Below, piece by piece: positions 59,033 through 64,000 of a stretch of DNA of 64,000 bases. The stretch lies in NCBI GenBank assembly GCA_050015075.1, contig JBEKCB010000004.1:64001-128000 (forward strand). Direction: 5' to 3'. This DNA comes from Candidatus Brocadiia bacterium. GTDB taxonomy: Bacteria > Planctomycetota > Brocadiia > CAIUPP01. Below the pieces are notes generated by a model. That model saw only the letters and a list, made by a program, of their open reading frames with translations. It searched no databases and was not told the origin of the DNA. Numbering within the stretch: position 1 is the first letter of the stretch; each line of letters opens with the position of its first letter. The position numbers and the translations under genes were made by a program.

Positions 59033-59479
59033 CTATTCCGCGGCGGCGAGCCGTCCGAGCAGCGTGCCCAACTCGCGGAGCTTCTGCGTCGCCTCCTCGT
59101 CCGGGCGGTTCAGCACCAGCACCGGCGCGCAGGCGAGCCGGAACTTGAAGCTCCGGCAGATGGACTTGACGCTCTCGACGGCTTTGCCGCCGCCGCCATG
59201 CGTCAGGAAAACGCCGACCGGCTTGTCGGTCACCTTGCCCTGCGTCGGATAGTAGGCGCGGTCGAAGAAATCCTTCACGCCGCCGGCCATGTAGCTGAAA
59301 TAGTCCGGCGTGCCCACCGCCAGCGCCGCGCAGTCGAGCAGGTCCTCCGGCCCGGCCTTCAACGCCTCCATCACCTTCGCCTCGACGCCCTCGGCTTTCC
59401 GCACGCCCTCCGCGACGGCCTCGGCGGCCGCGCGCGTGTTCCCGCTCAGCGAATGGTAAACGATCAGAACTTTCGCCAT
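59033..59479 (-). CDS. Flavodoxin / WrbA-like flavoprotein
   Basis: YHSLSGNT FMN loop, GTPDYF, FFDR; GGAGG RBS. Confidence 0.9.
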   Translation of the reverse strand: MAKVLIVYHSLSGNTRAAAEAVAEGVRKAEGVEAKVMEALKAGPEDLLDCAALAVGTPDYFSYMAGGVKDFFDRAYYPTQGKVTDKPVGVFLTHGGGGKAVESVKSICRSFKFRLACAPVLVLNRPDEEATQKLRELGTLLGRLAAAE

Positions 59480-59653
59480 CGTTCTTCCTCCCGTGTTCAT
59501 CGCCCGCGATCCGCCCAAACGCGCCGGCGGTCATCATATCATCCCCGGCGAGACCGGACAATGCCGCAGTTCCGAAAGCGAGACTCGCCCGGCCGATCGC
59601 GGTATAATACGCGCTGCGATAATGACCGGCGCACCTTGGAGGATGGAGCAACG

Positions 59654-60979
59654 ATGACACGCAATGCGACGAGTGAGCAGCTTTTCGGGAAGACGTTCGC
59701 CTGCGAGTGCGGCAAGACGCACCGAATCGAGCCGCGCGAGGTGCTGTTCGAGCGCGGGGCCGCGGAGAAAGTGCCGGCGCTCTGCGCCCGCTGCGTGAAG
59801 GGACGGCGCGTGGCGGTCGTAATGGACGTCCGCACGCGCGAGATCGCCGGCGCGGAGGTGTCGCGCAGGATGGCCTCGGGCGGGTGGACGGTTTCCGAAT
59901 TGCTCGTGCCGGACCGGAGCAACGGACACGTGCCGGAGTGCGATGACGTGACGAAGGAGAAACTCGCCGCGGTCCTCGGGCCGGTGGACTTCCTCCTGCC
60001 GGTCGGAAGCGGCGTGGTGACGGACCTCAGCCGGTGGCTGGCGGAGGACCGCAAGCTGCCGTTCGTGAGCTTCGCAACCGCGGCCAGCATGAACGGCTAC
60101 GCCAGCTCCAACGCGGCACCGACGATCGCGGGGGTGAAGCGGGTGAAGTGGGCGCATCCGCCGGTGGCGCTCGCGGCCGATCCGGCGATCATCGCCGCGG
60201 CGCCGTGGAAGATGACCGCCTCCGGCCTGGGCGACGTGCTGGCCAAGTCGGTCAGCACGACGGACTGGCGGCTCAATCATCTGCTCTTCGGCGATTACTA
60301 TTGCGCGCGGTCGGTGAACCTGATCGCCGACATCGAGCCGCTCTACCTGGAGCACCCGGACGAATTGAAAGCGCGGTCGCCGCAGGCGATTGACGCGCTG
60401 TTCCGCGCCCTGCTGCTGACCGGCGCGGCCATGACGATGGCGGAGACTTCTTCACCGGCCTCCGGCGGCGAGCACATGATGAGCCACACGCTCGACATGT
60501 TGTCGCTGCGCGACGAGACGGAGCACGACATGCACGGGCGGCAGGTGGGCGTCGGCACGGTGCTGGCGTCGGAGCTTTACCGCCGCGTGCTGGCGGTGGA
60601 GTCTCCATCGGTCGCGGAGCCGCAACTGTCGCCGGATGAGCGCTTCTGGGGGAAGCTCGCGGGCGAAATGCGGCAGGAGTACTCGGCCAAGGCGGAGCGC
60701 ATGCGGCTGGCGGCTCGGAAGCTGGCGCAGCCGGGCGAGTGGGACCGCATCCGCGCGGACCTCGCGCCGCTGACGCGGACGCCGGAGACCATCCAGCGCT
60801 GCCTCTCGCGCGCCGGTGCGGCCTCGCGGGCGGCGGACATCGGCATCAGCAAGGAGCAGTTGCTCGGCGTGCTGCTGCACTCGCACGAAATCCGCTCGCG
60901 TTTCACCATCCTCGACCTGGCCCGGCTGGTCGGAATAATGCCGAAGGCGGCAGTGGAGATCGTGGAGCAGTGGGCTTAG
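59654..60979 (+). CDS. sn-glycerol-1-phosphate dehydrogenase family (AraM/EgsA-like)
   Basis: CECGKTH, VGSGVVTDL, TAASMNGY, SGLGD, PASGGEH..SH, HGRQVG; TATAAT at 59603. Confidence 0.88.
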   Translation: MTRNATSEQLFGKTFACECGKTHRIEPREVLFERGAAEKVPALCARCVKGRRVAVVMDVRTREIAGAEVSRRMASGGWTVSELLVPDRSNGHVPECDDVTKEKLAAVLGPVDFLLPVGSGVVTDLSRWLAEDRKLPFVSFATAASMNGYASSNAAPTIAGVKRVKWAHPPVALAADPAIIAAAPWKMTASGLGDVLAKSVSTTDWRLNHLLFGDYYCARSVNLIADIEPLYLEHPDELKARSPQAIDALFRALLLTGAAMTMAETSSPASGGEHMMSHTLDMLSLRDETEHDMHGRQVGVGTVLASELYRRVLAVESPSVAEPQLSPDERFWGKLAGEMRQEYSAKAERMRLAARKLAQPGEWDRIRADLAPLTRTPETIQRCLSRAGAASRAADIGISKEQLLGVLLHSHEIRSRFTILDLARLVGIMPKAAVEIVEQWA

Positions 60980-60980
60980 G

Positions 60981-61080
60981 TTGGGAGATTAGGAGATTAG
61001 GAAACTGGGAGATTGAGATAAAAGGCGACTGCAAAGTCTAATGCGCAATCTCCCAATTTCCTAATCTCCCAATCTCCGAA
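60981..61080. repeat. Inverted arrays of GGAGATT(A/G) octamers between convergent genes
   Basis: TTGGGAGATTAGGAGATTAGGAAACTGGGAGATTG ... CAATCTCCCAATTTCCTAATCTCCCAATCTCCGAA. Confidence 0.85.
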
Positions 61081-61084
61081 TATG

Positions 61085-63259
61085 TCACGCCGCAGGCCCG
61101 TGCGGCTTGAACGGCTTCGGCGGGGGCGGCTTCTTCTGCGGCGGGCGCGCGTGGACTTCGAAGCTGTCCAGAATCCGCATGAGCAGATCCTGAAACGCGT
61201 TCTCGTCCCGGGTCTCGCATTCGAAAACCAGGATATAGCTGCCGTCGGGCTGGATCAAGTGGAAGCGGAACCGGGTGATGCGCGTATCGTCCTCGGTCGC
61301 GGTGACCTTGAGTTCGTGGTAGATTTTCTTCCCGACGATCAGATTCTTCTCGCCGTTCGGGAGACTTTCCTCGCCGTTCGCCGGGCCGAGTTTCAGCGGC
61401 ACGTCCGGCGCCGGGATGATGAGCAGGCCCTCGCCCAGCGGACCCAGGTACTGCACCCGTTCCGGCTGGACGAGCGATATCCAGAAACCCGGCACCTCCA
61501 CGCTCCAGCCGCGGTCCGGAGCCTCGCGGGTCACCAGCGGCTGGGGCTTTATCGGATAGCCGCCGCCCTCGACGTTGCGGACGACGTTGAACAGGCTGAC
61601 GGCCACAACGAGCGCCATGGCCAACCCCGCGACGTGGAAGGCGGTTTTCCGCCGGCCTTCGGTCCCCGCCGGACGCAGCAATAAGCCGATCGCCGCGCCG
61701 CCGACCAGTCCGCCGAGATGCGCGAAGTTGTCAATGTGCGGCTCGAAGAATCCGAAGAGCACCTGGAGCACGGCGATGAAGATGAAATTGAAGAAATAGA
61801 CCTTCCGCACGTGCTTCGGGATCGACTTGAAGGTGATCGAGATCACCGCCGCCGCGCCGAGCAGCCCCATGATCGCGCCGGAGGCGCCCGCCGACAACGG
61901 CGGGTTGCCCAGCCACGTGCTCGCCACCGAGCCGCAAATCCCGGCGACCATGAAGACCACGAACATCTCCCAGCGGCCCGTCAGTCGCTCGACGAAAGCG
62001 CCGAAGAGATACAGCGCGTACATGTTGAAAAGCAGGTGCACCGCCCCGATGTGAAGGAAGACGCTGGCAACGAGCCGCCACCACTCGCCGGCTTTGACCA
62101 GGCCTGACACATTCGCGCCGAACTGCGCCAGCGTGTAGGAGGACTCGCTCGAACCGGAGAGTTCCGTGACGAGCCACACGCCCATGCACGCGGCGATGAG
62201 GCCCCAGGTGAGCGCCGGTTTCCACGCGACGGCGGGGACGAGCGGCCGAGCGACGGCGATCGGCGCGCGCTCCTCGAGCAACTCGATCGCGTCGAGGTCC
62301 GCGTCCGTGCCGGCGGTGGGCGCCGCTTGAGCGGCGCCGCCGGTCGCGAGATACGGCTCCGCGATGCGGCGCAGCCACGCCTCGCCTTCGCGCTGGCGGG
62401 CCAGCGCGGAAGCGATCACGGCATGGGCGGCTTCCGGCTCGCCGTGCCGCAGCAACGCCACACCGCGCCAGAGGCGCACGTAGGCCGTCGGCAGGCTCGA
62501 GGCGACCGCGCCGTTCCTGTCGAGCAGGCGTTCGAGGGCGTAGACCCGGCCGGCCTGCGCATAAGCGTGGATGAAGGCGACGAAGCGGCGCAGGTCCTGC
62601 GAGTTCGGCTGGGCGACCAACTCTTCCGCGCGGCGGAGGCACCGGGCCGCTTTGGGCAGGTCGCCCGCCTCGCCATAGGGAATGACCATCGTGTAGAGTA
62701 TGTCGGCGTCGGGGCGCAATCCGCCCGGCCCGAAGTGCTTCTCGAACAGCTCGACCGCGGTGCGGTACTCGCCCAGTGCGGTCCAGGAGTTGATCCGGCT
62801 CTCGATGAAGCCCTTGCGCGAGGTGGCGGCGGTGAGGCGAACGAGCCAGTGGCCGCGGGGAACGCTCTCGAGGAAGCCCGCGCTTCCGCGCGCCGCGGCG
62901 GCGTAGATCGGTTCGATCGCGGGAAACGTGGCCGACCGCGGCCGCCACAGCAGCAGCGACAGCGCCAGTCCCCAGCGCCGGGCCGCGGGCGCGTTGCCCC
63001 GGGTGAACAGTGCGTGGATGCGCCGCTGGAGGAAGATCGGCACGAACAGCGTCACCACCAGGAGCAGCACGACGGCCGGGACGTAAACGGACTGCAGGTC
63101 GGTCCGATGGGTGAGGAGGAGCCACGCCGCGAACGCGCCGCAGAGCACGCACTGAATGACGCGGCCGAGGTTCCAGCGCCAGTCGCTGTACAGCAGGAGC
63201 GCGGCGACGTAAAGCCAAATGCCCGCGCAGAGAAAGACAATCGCCAGGCCATAATCCAT
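61085..63259 (-). CDS. Multidomain rhomboid intramembrane serine protease
   Basis: EWWRL, FLHIG..HLLFNM, GASGA, HLGG; extra N-terminal TM plus helical repeats and a C-terminal soluble domain. Confidence 0.88.
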   Translation of the reverse strand: MDYGLAIVFLCAGIWLYVAALLLYSDWRWNLGRVIQCVLCGAFAAWLLLTHRTDLQSVYVPAVVLLLVVTLFVPIFLQRRIHALFTRGNAPAARRWGLALSLLLWRPRSATFPAIEPIYAAAARGSAGFLESVPRGHWLVRLTAATSRKGFIESRINSWTALGEYRTAVELFEKHFGPGGLRPDADILYTMVIPYGEAGDLPKAARCLRRAEELVAQPNSQDLRRFVAFIHAYAQAGRVYALERLLDRNGAVASSLPTAYVRLWRGVALLRHGEPEAAHAVIASALARQREGEAWLRRIAEPYLATGGAAQAAPTAGTDADLDAIELLEERAPIAVARPLVPAVAWKPALTWGLIAACMGVWLVTELSGSSESSYTLAQFGANVSGLVKAGEWWRLVASVFLHIGAVHLLFNMYALYLFGAFVERLTGRWEMFVVFMVAGICGSVASTWLGNPPLSAGASGAIMGLLGAAAVISITFKSIPKHVRKVYFFNFIFIAVLQVLFGFFEPHIDNFAHLGGLVGGAAIGLLLRPAGTEGRRKTAFHVAGLAMALVVAVSLFNVVRNVEGGGYPIKPQPLVTREAPDRGWSVEVPGFWISLVQPERVQYLGPLGEGLLIIPAPDVPLKLGPANGEESLPNGEKNLIVGKKIYHELKVTATEDDTRITRFRFHLIQPDGSYILVFECETRDENAFQDLLMRILDSFEVHARPPQKKPPPPKPFKPHGPAA

Positions 63260-63321
63260 CGAGGGTCCTTGACGGAGGGCGAAGTGCGGAGTGCGGAATG
63301 CCGCCCGCGATCCGGCCTCAC

Positions 63322-64000
63322 TTACGCGTTGAGGTTCATGGAGCGGAGGAACTCCTCGTTGCTCTTGCTGCGCGAGATGCGGTCGCGCAGGAGCTCCATC
63401 GCCTCGACCATCTGCATTTCGCTCAGGACCCGCCGCAGAATCCAGATGCGCTTCTGCTCGTCATCGGAGAAGAGCAGTTCCTCTTTCCGCGTGCCGGAGC
63501 GCTCGATGTCAATCGCCGGGAACACGCGCCGGTCCACCAGGCGCCGGTCGAGATGCAGGTCCATGTTGCCGGTGGCCTTGAACTCCTCGAAGATCACTTC
63601 GTCCATGCGGCTGCCGGTGTCAATCAGGCAGGTGCCGAGGATCGTGAGCGAGCCGCCTTCCTCGACGTTTCGCGCCGAGCCGAAGAAGCGCTTCGGCTTC
63701 TGCAGCGCGTTGGAGTCCACGCCTCCGGAGAGGATCTTGCCGCTGTGCGGCACCTCGGCGTTGTAGGCGCGTCCGAGGCGCGTGATCGAGTCCATCAGGA
63801 TCACGACGTCGTGCCCGTACTCGACGAGCCGGCGCGCCTTCTCGATGACCATCTCGCTGACCTGGCAGTGGCGGCTGGTGGGCTCGTCGAAGGTGGAGCT
63901 GATGACCTCGCCCTTGATGGAGCGCTCCATGTCGGTGACTTCCTCGGGCCGCTCGGCGACGAGCAGGACGATCAGCTTGACTTCGGGGTGGTTCTGCCCG
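63322..64000 (-). CDS. rho: Transcription termination factor Rho (5' part outside window)
   Basis: [40 protein letters not shown]. Confidence 0.97.
   Translation of the reverse strand, partial: GQNHPEVKLIVLLVAERPEEVTDMERSIKGEVISSTFDEPTSRHCQVSEMVIEKARRLVEYGHDVVILMDSITRLGRAYNAEVPHSGKILSGGVDSNALQKPKRFFGSARNVEEGGSLTILGTCLIDTGSRMDEVIFEEFKATGNMDLHLDRRLVDRRVFPAIDIERSGTRKEELLFSDDEQKRIWILRRVLSEMQMVEAMELLRDRISRSKSNEEFLRSMNLNA

Overview
GC-rich bacterial chromosome segment. The gene set (YdjY, prenyltransferase-repeat protein, TMTC-like TPR protein, AFTLVE-type pilin) suggests a PVC/Planctomycetota-like organism; this is inference. Housekeeping genes include gyrA (partial), an atypical aroC, cysS, sppA, a long Alu-containing SRP RNA followed by dnaX-ybaB-recR-rpoN, nadB, xylB, aroB and rho (partial). 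The main accessory feature is a ~15 kb co-oriented locus (36.9-52.2 kb). It holds ten diverged paralogous copies of an uncharacterised secreted ~395-aa glycoside-hydrolase-like domain: nine stand-alone genes and one fused to a GH26 domain. A DUF4038 gene and a TauE-family exporter interrupt the array. The copies keep invariant putative catalytic motifs but have mosaic, hypervariable loops. Other oddities are a 3 x 101-bp palindromic non-coding array, a truncated hpf-like remnant after rpoN, a tandem M28 peptidase pair in which one copy lost both unshared ligands of one Zn site, two low-GC single-gene islets, a sigma54-type pilin promoter and REP-like hairpins. All calls come from reading motifs by eye; no database searches were run.
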